A stretch of DNA of 53,980 bases, from NCBI GenBank assembly GCA_041739675.1, contig JBGSNL010000057.1, positions 1-53,980 on the forward strand, read 5' to 3'. This DNA comes from a bacterium. GTDB lineage: Bacteria > UBA10199 > 2-02-FULL-44-16 > DYJF01. Position numbers and translations under genes: made by a program. How positions within the stretch are numbered: position 1 is the first letter of the stretch; each line of letters opens with the position of its first letter. Under the pieces are notes generated by a model, which made no database searches, was not told the origin of the DNA, and worked only from the letters and a program-made list of their open reading frames with translations. This document shows positions 25,461-33,866 of this stretch, piece by piece.

Positions 25461-27590
25461 TCATCTTGCGGCAAGCGCGGCCTGCGATTCGTCGCGGATT
25501 CTTACGGCCTCACCGTCGCCCGGATTTTTATCGATCAGAACCTGTGAGAAGCGCACTGCTTCCGCGAAATAGCCCGTCCTTTGCGATATCAGCGCGCAGG
25601 CCAGAAGCGCGGTCTTGTTGTCGGGATTCAGGACAAGCGCCTTGAAAGCGGCATCATGCCCTCTGCCGAGATCGCCGGTCGCCGGGTGCATAAAGTCGCC
25701 GTGCCTCGCTTCAAAAAGGCCAAGCTGTGCCAGCGCCTCGACGTTTTCAGGATCTGCCTCCAGCGCGGTTTCATAATATTTTCTGGCGCCGTCTATATCG
25801 CCCAGCTGTTCGGTTGCGTACCCCGCTATGATATAGGATTCGGCGGTCGAGGTGTAGCTTGAATCATATATGATGCCCTCGTAATAATTCTGCATATCGC
25901 CGACGGTTCGCCCGTCGCGGGCCATGTGATAGTGGGCCTCAGCGCGAACCTCGCGCGCCATGGCGCAGTCTTCGTCATTTGCTATCGCGCGTGAACTGTA
26001 ATTGGCGGCAAGTCCGTAACGATGAAGTTCCAGTTCCACCTTCGCCAGCCCCGATAAAATCTGTGGATCTTCGGGATTCACGGCGAGTCCCTGCAGAAAT
26101 ATGTTTTTGGCCTTTTCGTAATTGCCGAACATTATATATGCCATTCCCCTGTCGTAGAAACTCATCCGGTCCCAGTCGTCCATCTTGTCGATGGGCGTGG
26201 CTTCGGTTATGGGCAAGCCTTCACGCGGCGCTACGTCGTCGCCGGCAGCCGATCCGCTTCCAATGGAGACATTGGGCCTGTTTCTCGATGCGCTGACGAG
26301 CCTTCCCATGTCGATGCCGGCCGCCTCATAATAGCCGAGATTCATTAGAGCCGCCTGGCGCCGCGCGAAATATTCCGGAAGGGGCATCTCAGCTATCACG
26401 GAGTCCCAATCGTCAAGCGCCGCCTCGTAGTTTCCGGTCTCCTCGTAGAGTTGTGCTCGGTTCAGGCGCGTCGCAAGTGTGTTCACCGAGGGGTCGAGCT
26501 CGATCTGCCTCGATGCGTAGTCTATCGCCGTTTCATAATTTGCATTGTCTCCCGTGGCATATCCCTTTATCGTGTAGGCAATCTCAAGGAGCGCGTAGAC
26601 AGCGGGTGCCCTGCCGGCCGCGGGAAGAACGCCTCTCTCCATGAAGACTATGCTGTCGTTCACGGTTCCCAGATTTATCTGCGATCGGCCTATTTTTTCG
26701 ATATCGGCCAAACTCTGTCTTGTGAGATCTTCAATCTGCGTGGCGCTTCCGAGCCCGTCGATCGTGTTCGTATATTGCCCCAGTCTGCTGTATGCTATGT
26801 TGAAAAGATCCCACATCTCCCATTCTTCAGGCGTCATATTTGAAAGATATGAACCGTTGTCTATCGAGGTCCGATCCAGGTTTTTCCAGTTCTTATAGAA
26901 TGAGTTGCTAAGAAAATGAGTTCCGTATTGTTCCTCGGCACCCTGTTGCACTTCGAAATTGATGAATTGATTTTCATTGAGTTGCCATCTGGCGAAGATG
27001 TGTCCCGGCAATCCCACTGCGTGTATGGGCCAATTAAACTTGTCGGCGATCGCCGTGAGGATGCGGGTTGAGGTGTCGCAATCGTACATGTTTCTTGAAA
27101 GATCGTGTAGGAAGAGGGCGCTTCCGGTTGAGGCAAACTGGGCTCCGCTTTCGATCATCGCGTCGGTCAACCATTCCATTAGCTCGTTGGGGGCCGCGGA
27201 CAGAACGCCGTCTACGGCGTGGCTTTCGAGTATCGCCATGTAATTTGTGTAAATCGTGCGGAGATTTCCATATGCCTCAAGCAGGGTGTCGGAGGCGTGG
27301 CCGTTTCCCTCGATGCTGTATTCGCGGACCATCGTGTTGTGTATTGGATTAGTGAGCTCGAAGCCGCTGGAAATTGCGGCGCGAAGTATGGGGCTCAGAC
27401 TTGCAAGCTCACGCTGATGGCGGATGCAGTAATCTCTAGATTCCTCTTCTGTGATTCTTTTATCGCCGTTGGCGTCCGCGCTTTCATTCTGAGTGACAAC
27501 TCCGTCCTGATTCAGGTCGACGCCCAACTCTTCGCCCAGCCTCGAGTTAGTCTCTTTTAGTACCTTGTCCCAACCGAAAATAACCGACAT
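25461..27590 (-). CDS. TPR protein with EF-hand-like N-terminus and transglutaminase/SirB1-like domain
   Basis: DLNQDGVV and DANGDKRI loops; YDCDTS...LPGHIFARW...INFE (Cys-His-Glu); multiple TPRs. Confidence 0.7.
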   Translation of the reverse strand: MSVIFGWDKVLKETNSRLGEELGVDLNQDGVVTQNESADANGDKRITEEESRDYCIRHQRELASLSPILRAAISSGFELTNPIHNTMVREYSIEGNGHASDTLLEAYGNLRTIYTNYMAILESHAVDGVLSAAPNELMEWLTDAMIESGAQFASTGSALFLHDLSRNMYDCDTSTRILTAIADKFNWPIHAVGLPGHIFARWQLNENQFINFEVQQGAEEQYGTHFLSNSFYKNWKNLDRTSIDNGSYLSNMTPEEWEMWDLFNIAYSRLGQYTNTIDGLGSATQIEDLTRQSLADIEKIGRSQINLGTVNDSIVFMERGVLPAAGRAPAVYALLEIAYTIKGYATGDNANYETAIDYASRQIELDPSVNTLATRLNRAQLYEETGNYEAALDDWDSVIAEMPLPEYFARRQAALMNLGYYEAAGIDMGRLVSASRNRPNVSIGSGSAAGDDVAPREGLPITEATPIDKMDDWDRMSFYDRGMAYIMFGNYEKAKNIFLQGLAVNPEDPQILSGLAKVELELHRYGLAANYSSRAIANDEDCAMAREVRAEAHYHMARDGRTVGDMQNYYEGIIYDSSYTSTAESYIIAGYATEQLGDIDGARKYYETALEADPENVEALAQLGLFEARHGDFMHPATGDLGRGHDAAFKALVLNPDNKTALLACALISQRTGYFAEAVRFSQVLIDKNPGDGEAVRIRDESQAALAAR

Positions 27591-27645
27591 AAAACATCCC
27601 TTCCTGCTTGTTTTTTATAAATTTGAGGGATTTCCCCCCTCTTAA

Positions 27646-27674
27646 TTATCGGCTGGGAGTATGGGGAAAGTTGC
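27646..27674 (-). promoter_or_regulatory. Alternative-sigma (sigma28-like -10) promoter motif, copy 1
   Basis: Minus strand GCAACTTT-N13-GCCGATAA upstream of 27590. Confidence 0.55.
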
Positions 27675-27757
27675 TAGTTTGGGTGGTTAAAAAGATGAGT
27701 TATATCAATAAGATACTAAATAAAAGAAGCGTGCCAACAGGTTTTCGGGCGGTTTTT

Positions 27758-29125
27758 TTAGTGTCCGCCCAGGATGGATTGGACGACTTCGATGTTGAAT
27801 GTGGCGGCTTCGTTTCCCGGATCCATGCGGAGGGCGCGCCTGTAATTGCGCAGGGCATCCCGGAGAAGGTGGCGTTTGTCCGTTGCGTCTTCAGTGACAA
27901 GGGCCAGACGAAACTGTGCGACGCCGCAATTGATCCTCGCGCTCACGGTATCATCAAGCTCGATTGCAGTTTCAAGACTTGCCACTGCGGATCCGAAATC
28001 CCCTTTTTCGATATACACTTTTCCCAACCCCTCATATGAGGCGGCCAGATTCGGATCGAGGCGCGCGGCCTCCAGAAAGTCGGCCAGAGCATCGTCCCAC
28101 TGGTTCAGCTCAATTTCCGCAAGGCCGCGTGCGGCATGCGCCATGGCGTTCTGCGGATAGCGCATCAGCGATTCGTCGTATGCGTCGACGGCGTTGGCGA
28201 ATTGGTCGCCGAAAATGGAGGTCATGATCGATATCGCCTGGCCGATGTTGTAATAAAAAATTCCGTCCAGCTCGGTGGATGACAGGGTTTTCAAGTATGC
28301 GCCTTCGTCTATGGATATCTGTTCGATGCGCCTGCCGTTTCTTCGCGCGGTTGAATCGACCGCGCCTCTCTGGTTCAGGCCGTAGTGGATGTAAAAATCA
28401 TTGTCAAAATGCTCGCCGCTGGAGATTTCGAAATTGCCGGATTCGACGTTATCCCATCTTGCGCCGATATGGTAGGGGGCGAGGAACGCGTTGACGTCCC
28501 ACCCGAACTCGTGCGAGATCGCGATGAGAGCGAAGGCCGAAACGCAATCGAAAAGTTTTCTCTGGGTTGAAAAGTTTTCTATGAGGAGAATACTTCCGCC
28601 GAGTTCGAATAATATTCCGGTGTCTATCATCGACTGACGAACCCATAGCATTTTATCCCGCGGCTCCGGTTCCAGATGCATCCCGGTTGAATGTTCCATG
28701 CCCCAGGTCATCTCATAGCCCAACACCGCGTTTCTGATCAAAGCCAGATCCGCATAGGCCTTCATGACAAGCTCTCGTGCGTTGCCGTTATAGTAGGGAG
28801 CAAGAAGTTGATATTCGTACAGGATGAGTGAATTGATGGGGTTGTCCGCGGAAAAGAGATTGTCTCTGCCTAATTTGAGAAACTCTATTTTGTCGGCGAG
28901 GACGTCCCTGTTTCTGATGCAAAACTCTTTCGCCTCCGCTTCGTCGATATAATAGGGCTCGCGGTCCGCGCCGGTCGTCATATCGTCGATGATCTCGTTC
29001 GGTTCCGTCAGCCCGTTGCCGTTCAAGTCGATTTCCGGCACGTAGTCGAGGCTGTCTCCCAACCCGGGATCGATGTTGGGAAGGTTATCCTCCAAAAGTT
29101 TTCTCCAGCCTATCTCCAGTGACAT
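27758..29125 (-). CDS. TPR protein with transglutaminase/SirB1-like domain, paralogue of 25461-27590
   Basis: Shared MS...GW.K.L, DLNGNG, CIR, NPI, FDCVS...APYHIGARW...GNFE, SIDEGAYL; C-terminal TPRs. Confidence 0.7.
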   Translation of the reverse strand: MSLEIGWRKLLEDNLPNIDPGLGDSLDYVPEIDLNGNGLTEPNEIIDDMTTGADREPYYIDEAEAKEFCIRNRDVLADKIEFLKLGRDNLFSADNPINSLILYEYQLLAPYYNGNARELVMKAYADLALIRNAVLGYEMTWGMEHSTGMHLEPEPRDKMLWVRQSMIDTGILFELGGSILLIENFSTQRKLFDCVSAFALIAISHEFGWDVNAFLAPYHIGARWDNVESGNFEISSGEHFDNDFYIHYGLNQRGAVDSTARRNGRRIEQISIDEGAYLKTLSSTELDGIFYYNIGQAISIMTSIFGDQFANAVDAYDESLMRYPQNAMAHAARGLAEIELNQWDDALADFLEAARLDPNLAASYEGLGKVYIEKGDFGSAVASLETAIELDDTVSARINCGVAQFRLALVTEDATDKRHLLRDALRNYRRALRMDPGNEAATFNIEVVQSILGGH

Positions 29126-29143
29126 AAAGGGCTCTCTTTTTTA

Positions 29144-29170
29144 TTATCGGCAGAAAACAATAAAAGTTGC
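29144..29170 (-). promoter_or_regulatory. Alternative-sigma (sigma28-like -10) promoter motif, copy 2
   Basis: Minus strand GCAACTTT-N11-GCCGATAA upstream of 29125. Confidence 0.6.
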
Positions 29171-29204
29171 TTAATTATCACAATGTTAGTAAAAAGTCGG
29201 GGTC

Positions 29205-30551
29205 ATGGACGCAATTCATTTCATAAGCCTCGGCTGCCCTAAAAACCTTGTGGATTCGGAGGTTATGCTGGGTCTCTTGGCGAAGGATGGCTTCGCTTTC
29301 GTGGAGGAGCCTTCCGAGGCGGACATCATTATAATAAACACGTGCGCCTTCATAGAGGACGCCAAAAAAGAGGCGATAGATACGATCCTTGAGATGGGCG
29401 AATTCAAGAAAACGGGAAAGTGTCGCATGCTAGCGGTGGCGGGATGTCTTCCGCAGCGTTATCAAAAAGAGTTGTCGGAGGCGCTGCCCGAAGTGGATCT
29501 CTTTGTCGGCGCGGGCGAGTTTCACCGCATCGCGGAATTGATAAAAAATGCCGACGAGAAGAAGATGGCCGTAGGCAAGCCGGTCTTTCTCTACGACCAC
29601 AAAACTCCGCGCGTCACCGTGACGCCGCCTCACGCGGCATACATCAAGATAGCCGAGGGATGTTTTCATCCGTGTTCCTTCTGCGCGATACCGCAGATCC
29701 GCGGCGGCTACCGTTCAAGGGAGATGACTTCGATCGTCGAAGAGGCGCGCCAGATGATAGGCCGCGGCGTGAAGGAGTTGAACCTCATCGCGCAGGATTC
29801 GACCGCATACGGGCGCGATCTTAAAAACGGCGAGAACATAGGGATGCTGCTTGCAAAGCTTGCGGAGCTTGAAGGGGACAAGTGGATCAGGATCCTCTAC
29901 GCCTATCCGCACAATTTTCCCGTGGGGCTCATAAAAGTCATCAAGGATTATTCAGATATCTGTCCGTATCTCGACATTCCCGTCCAGCATGTTTCAAACC
30001 GCATCCTGAAATCGATGAAGCGTGAAGGGGACGCCTCCGAGATAATAGGACTCATAGATCAGTTGAGAGAGGATATCCCCGGCATTTTTTTGCGGACGTC
30101 GATAATTGTGGGATATCCCGGCGAGACAGAAGACGAGTTCGACGAGCTTACGGATTTTGTGGCGTCGGCCAAGTTCGATCATCTGGGTGCTTTTGCATAT
30201 TCGGTGGAGGAGGGGACCAAAGCGGCCCAGCTCCCCGACCATCTGCCGGAAAAAGTTGTGGCGGCGCGTCTTGATAAAATAATGCGTCTGCAGCAGGAAA
30301 TTTCGTTCGACAAGAACCGGCTGCACGTCGGCAAGACGATGCAGGTCTTGGTCGAGGGCAAAAGCATCGAGGGCGGCGGCCTCATGCAGGGGCGACATAT
30401 GGGGCAAGCACCGGACATCGACGGTGTAGTCTACATCCGCGAAGGCAAAGCGCGCGTCGGAGATTTTGCGCTCGTAAAAATAAAAGAATTCGACGCCTAC
30501 GATCTGACGGGCGATATTGTAACTACCGAAAGTGTGCTGAGGGAAAAATAA
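29205..30551 (+). CDS. rimO: Ribosomal protein S12 methylthiotransferase
   Basis: SLGCPKNLVDSE, NTCAFI, AYIKIAEGCFHPCSFCAIP (CxxxCxxC), APDIDG TRAM domain. Confidence 0.95.
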   Translation: MDAIHFISLGCPKNLVDSEVMLGLLAKDGFAFVEEPSEADIIIINTCAFIEDAKKEAIDTILEMGEFKKTGKCRMLAVAGCLPQRYQKELSEALPEVDLFVGAGEFHRIAELIKNADEKKMAVGKPVFLYDHKTPRVTVTPPHAAYIKIAEGCFHPCSFCAIPQIRGGYRSREMTSIVEEARQMIGRGVKELNLIAQDSTAYGRDLKNGENIGMLLAKLAELEGDKWIRILYAYPHNFPVGLIKVIKDYSDICPYLDIPVQHVSNRILKSMKREGDASEIIGLIDQLREDIPGIFLRTSIIVGYPGETEDEFDELTDFVASAKFDHLGAFAYSVEEGTKAAQLPDHLPEKVVAARLDKIMRLQQEISFDKNRLHVGKTMQVLVEGKSIEGGGLMQGRHMGQAPDIDGVVYIREGKARVGDFALVKIKEFDAYDLTGDIVTTESVLREK

Positions 30552-30552
30552 C

Positions 30553-31872
30553 ATGGTTCCCCTTTTGCGATCTCTCGTCTGGTTTTTTGGACTTTTCTTT
30601 CGGCCATTGAACAGAAGGTGGCGGGAGGGGGAATCTATCGAATGTCTCGTCGTCGGCTACGGCGGGGCGAACAATACCGGCGCGGAAGCAAGGACAGTCG
30701 AAGCGATCAAACAGATGCTTGAGGCTGACCAGCGCCTTCGCATCACGCTCACATCCCTCGACCGCGCGCAGACGTTGAGATACATCACGGAGCATGATCG
30801 CTTGCATGTCGCGCAGGTTTACCCCGTCTTCATTGGCTGTATTTTGCGACTTGTTTTGAAATCGGACATCGTTGTTCTGGTCGAAGGCAGTTGCTTCAAG
30901 GACAATTTTTCCTCTGCGCTTCTCTGGTTTTTCATGTACGCGGCAGGTCTCGCGCAGAAATTCAAAAAACCCACGGTGGCGTATGCGGTGGATGCAGGCA
31001 AAATGAAGAAGTCGGACGAGAAATGGGCGGTGCATGTTGCAAATAAAATAGATCTTCTGATGACGCGCACCGCTGCCGCCGCGAAACTTCTGGAAAGTAT
31101 CGGAGTCGAAACAGAAATAAAAATTACTACCGACACAGCGTTCACGCAGGAGCCGTTCGGAAACAAATGGGTGGACGAATGTCTGCACTCTAATGGTATC
31201 GATCCACGATGGCCGATAGTTGGCATCGCGTTTGAGGAACTTTTCTGGTGGCCGGTTATAGTGGATATCTGGAGGGCGGTGCGCGGCGTCAAAGAGGATC
31301 ACTACAAATCGATCTACTATCATTCGTGGCCGGATAACGGGCAAGAGAGATCGGCAAAGATGAAGCAGGCCGTCGCATCATATGCGGACTGGGTCGCGAA
31401 GGAGTTCGGCGCGCAGCTTGTTTTCTTTGCGATGGAGCGCCTCGACACGGCACCGTGCAAAGATGTCCAATCGATAATGAATGAAAAGTCGGTTCTCTTC
31501 GGTGCGGACAACTACAACTCTGCGCAGATGACGGCGCTGCTGCGCCGCCTCTCATGGCTCGTAACGTGCCGCTACCACGCGCTGGTGCTCTCGATGGGCG
31601 GGGCGGTTCCGTTAATCGGATTGGCGCATGACGAAAGAATAGAGTCGATCATGGATGAGCTGAGGCTCCGTGAAGATTATTTCATAAATTATCTTGAAGA
31701 TGACATTCCGGAAAAGCTCAAGGCGAAGACGCATAAGCTGGTGGGCGTCAAAGACGGACTGTCGGGCAGGATTGCGGACGCCGTTCCCGTCTATCTTTCC
31801 CGCATGGCCGAAAACGGCGAATATTTCAAAGAATTGCTTCTCGAAAAGTTCCCGGTCAACGCTGAGCGATAG
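30553..31872 (+). CDS. Polysaccharide pyruvyl transferase family protein
   Basis: VGYGGANNTGAEA, MTRT, TTDTAF, TCRYHALVLSMGGAVPLIGL motifs. Confidence 0.8.
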   Translation: MVPLLRSLVWFFGLFFRPLNRRWREGESIECLVVGYGGANNTGAEARTVEAIKQMLEADQRLRITLTSLDRAQTLRYITEHDRLHVAQVYPVFIGCILRLVLKSDIVVLVEGSCFKDNFSSALLWFFMYAAGLAQKFKKPTVAYAVDAGKMKKSDEKWAVHVANKIDLLMTRTAAAAKLLESIGVETEIKITTDTAFTQEPFGNKWVDECLHSNGIDPRWPIVGIAFEELFWWPVIVDIWRAVRGVKEDHYKSIYYHSWPDNGQERSAKMKQAVASYADWVAKEFGAQLVFFAMERLDTAPCKDVQSIMNEKSVLFGADNYNSAQMTALLRRLSWLVTCRYHALVLSMGGAVPLIGLAHDERIESIMDELRLREDYFINYLEDDIPEKLKAKTHKLVGVKDGLSGRIADAVPVYLSRMAENGEYFKELLLEKFPVNAER

Positions 31873-32455
31873 GTTGGCTGATGGAATTGAGCTTCTCGGC
31901 CATCTTCTGAAGAAAAGCTTCTCTGTCGTATTTTCGGAGCAGATAGTTGAAATGACCCCTGTAGTTTCTTGAAAGAAGGGCGCCTTCCACTTCATAATCA
32001 GCAATTTTCAATTTCTTCTGATCTTTGATCAAAAAAATCACTAGCTTGAAACTCCCTTTCGTAATTCCAAGAGTGTTCTCGACCACAATAAAACCGTCAC
32101 GCCTTGAAATCTTATCCGTCTTTAGCGTGAAATTGCGGTCATTCTCAGTGAACAGCATCTTGTTTTTGAGTTGTTGTCTTATGACTTGATCCAACAGGTA
32201 AACGTAGCGGTCGCGTTCCGACGTTGAAAATTCGCTCCAGTGATCCTCAAGGCACAACTTCCCGAATGCCGTCATATCAAAATGCTCGGCAAAGAGAAGG
32301 TTCGCCCCTTGGGCATTTCCGGAATTGAGTGCAGTCCTGATTTCGCCCACAAGGCGGTTCATGAACTGGCGCGCGGAGGGCGGGCCGGCTTCAGCCTGGA
32401 AAAAAAAGAGGGAAACAATCAAAAAAACAGCCGTGCGAAAAAAACGTCTTCTCAT
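31856..32455 (-). CDS. MlaC/Ttg2D-like periplasmic phospholipid-binding protein
   Basis: Signal peptide; HFDMTAFGKLCL..HW....ER; KIADYEVEGALLSRNYRGHF. Confidence 0.75.
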   Translation of the reverse strand: MRRRFFRTAVFLIVSLFFFQAEAGPPSARQFMNRLVGEIRTALNSGNAQGANLLFAEHFDMTAFGKLCLEDHWSEFSTSERDRYVYLLDQVIRQQLKNKMLFTENDRNFTLKTDKISRRDGFIVVENTLGITKGSFKLVIFLIKDQKKLKIADYEVEGALLSRNYRGHFNYLLRKYDREAFLQKMAEKLNSISQPIAQR

Positions 32456-33762
32456 GCGCCTCCGCCTGCCTGAAAATTGCCGAACTTGTGGCCCATGATC
32501 GCATTGAAGAGCTTATAGTACGGGCGGGCAATGGCGCGCGTCGCGTCGGAGAACATCTTGATATGAGTGCGAAGCGTGTAATTACAGGCTGTGGCGATCA
32601 TCTGCTGCCAGTAGGCCTCGACCGCCACTATGCGGCCGCCGCTATATACGAACGGATCGGATGCGATCGCGTCGCCGTTGGCCGGATTGTTGAAAAAATC
32701 GTTCAGATTGACTTCCACGATCGGCAGAACCTGTTCAAGCGCCGCACGACCGCTCATCGAATTGTTGACCGAGCTCACAAGGCTGTTCAAATCGTTGTAG
32801 ATGCTCTGGTTGTCGGTGCTCAAGTTCAGGACACCGCCGCTTGCCCCCGCAAGGACCTCCTGCAAAGAAGCGAGCGAATATGTTAACGCCGTCTGCAGAT
32901 TCGTCCGCGCGCTGCTCAAACGGTTGTCCGCCCTGAGCCCGAACTGCTGGTTCAAGAGAGTGACGACCTGAGCTTTACTCAGCAGCGAGTTTCCGTTCGA
33001 GTCGACCAAGCTTGAAAGATCTATGTTGAAGTTCCATGAATTTGCAAAATCGGACGCGGCCTTCAGCATGTACATCCCCGCCAGCATCTGGACCATGTCG
33101 GCATGGTTCAGCGGAATGTCCGCATCGCCCGTGTAAAGGGCCTTGGGGATATTGTACGCGGCACCGGCAGTTCCGATTGCGACCGAGAGATCGGCAATTA
33201 TTGAATCAACAGAGGTCATCAATTCATTGAGAGAGGCCGCAATATTTGGAATTATGTAGCCGCTTGTCATGTGCGTGATAAAACAACGATAAGAGTGATA
33301 ATGCCCGGTGGCCCCTTTCCAGCAATCTCTTGCATTGTAGAAGGGAAGCGCAGATTCGTCGGGGTTTGTCTCCGTCGTCGAAAGATATAAATAGCCTGTC
33401 GGTCCGAAAACAGATGAGGTCGCCCATGCCGGTTGGCCGAAACCCGCAAGAATCGCCGTGAAGGGCGCTTTTTCTATCAGAAGCATTATGTCGCAAAGAG
33501 CTCTGCCGACGCGTGCCTCCGCGTTTTCCGGCTCAGGCGTAGATTTGATCACTTTGGCCACAGTGGTGGCCGCGGCGTCGCCTATGATGGCGGAATAGGT
33601 CGCGCGGGCCGACGCTATGTCGCCGGTTTCAAGATAGGTCTTGGCGGTCTGGAGCTGTTCTGGAACCGTGGGTTCGGGGGTACTGCCTCCGCCGCCTCCT
33701 GAGCAGCCGCCAGCAAAGATGATCGAAACCAGCCCGACCAGTGCGAGAGTTCTTTTAAACAT
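32452..33762 (-). CDS. Hypothetical lipoprotein
   Basis: SD GGAGGGG; MFKRTLALVGLVSIIFAGG-C followed by a Gly/Ser linker; 4-nt overlap with the mlaC-like gene. Confidence 0.65.
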   Translation of the reverse strand: MFKRTLALVGLVSIIFAGGCSGGGGGSTPEPTVPEQLQTAKTYLETGDIASARATYSAIIGDAAATTVAKVIKSTPEPENAEARVGRALCDIMLLIEKAPFTAILAGFGQPAWATSSVFGPTGYLYLSTTETNPDESALPFYNARDCWKGATGHYHSYRCFITHMTSGYIIPNIAASLNELMTSVDSIIADLSVAIGTAGAAYNIPKALYTGDADIPLNHADMVQMLAGMYMLKAASDFANSWNFNIDLSSLVDSNGNSLLSKAQVVTLLNQQFGLRADNRLSSARTNLQTALTYSLASLQEVLAGASGGVLNLSTDNQSIYNDLNSLVSSVNNSMSGRAALEQVLPIVEVNLNDFFNNPANGDAIASDPFVYSGGRIVAVEAYWQQMIATACNYTLRTHIKMFSDATRAIARPYYKLFNAIMGHKFGNFQAGGGA

Positions 33763-33866
33763 ATCCCCTCCGTTCATTTGTATTTTTCAAACCATACAGA
33801 GAGGAGGCCGCGAAATCAATACATCAGTTGCTTTTGGAGCCCTTTTCGGATAGGGGTGGCGCCACA

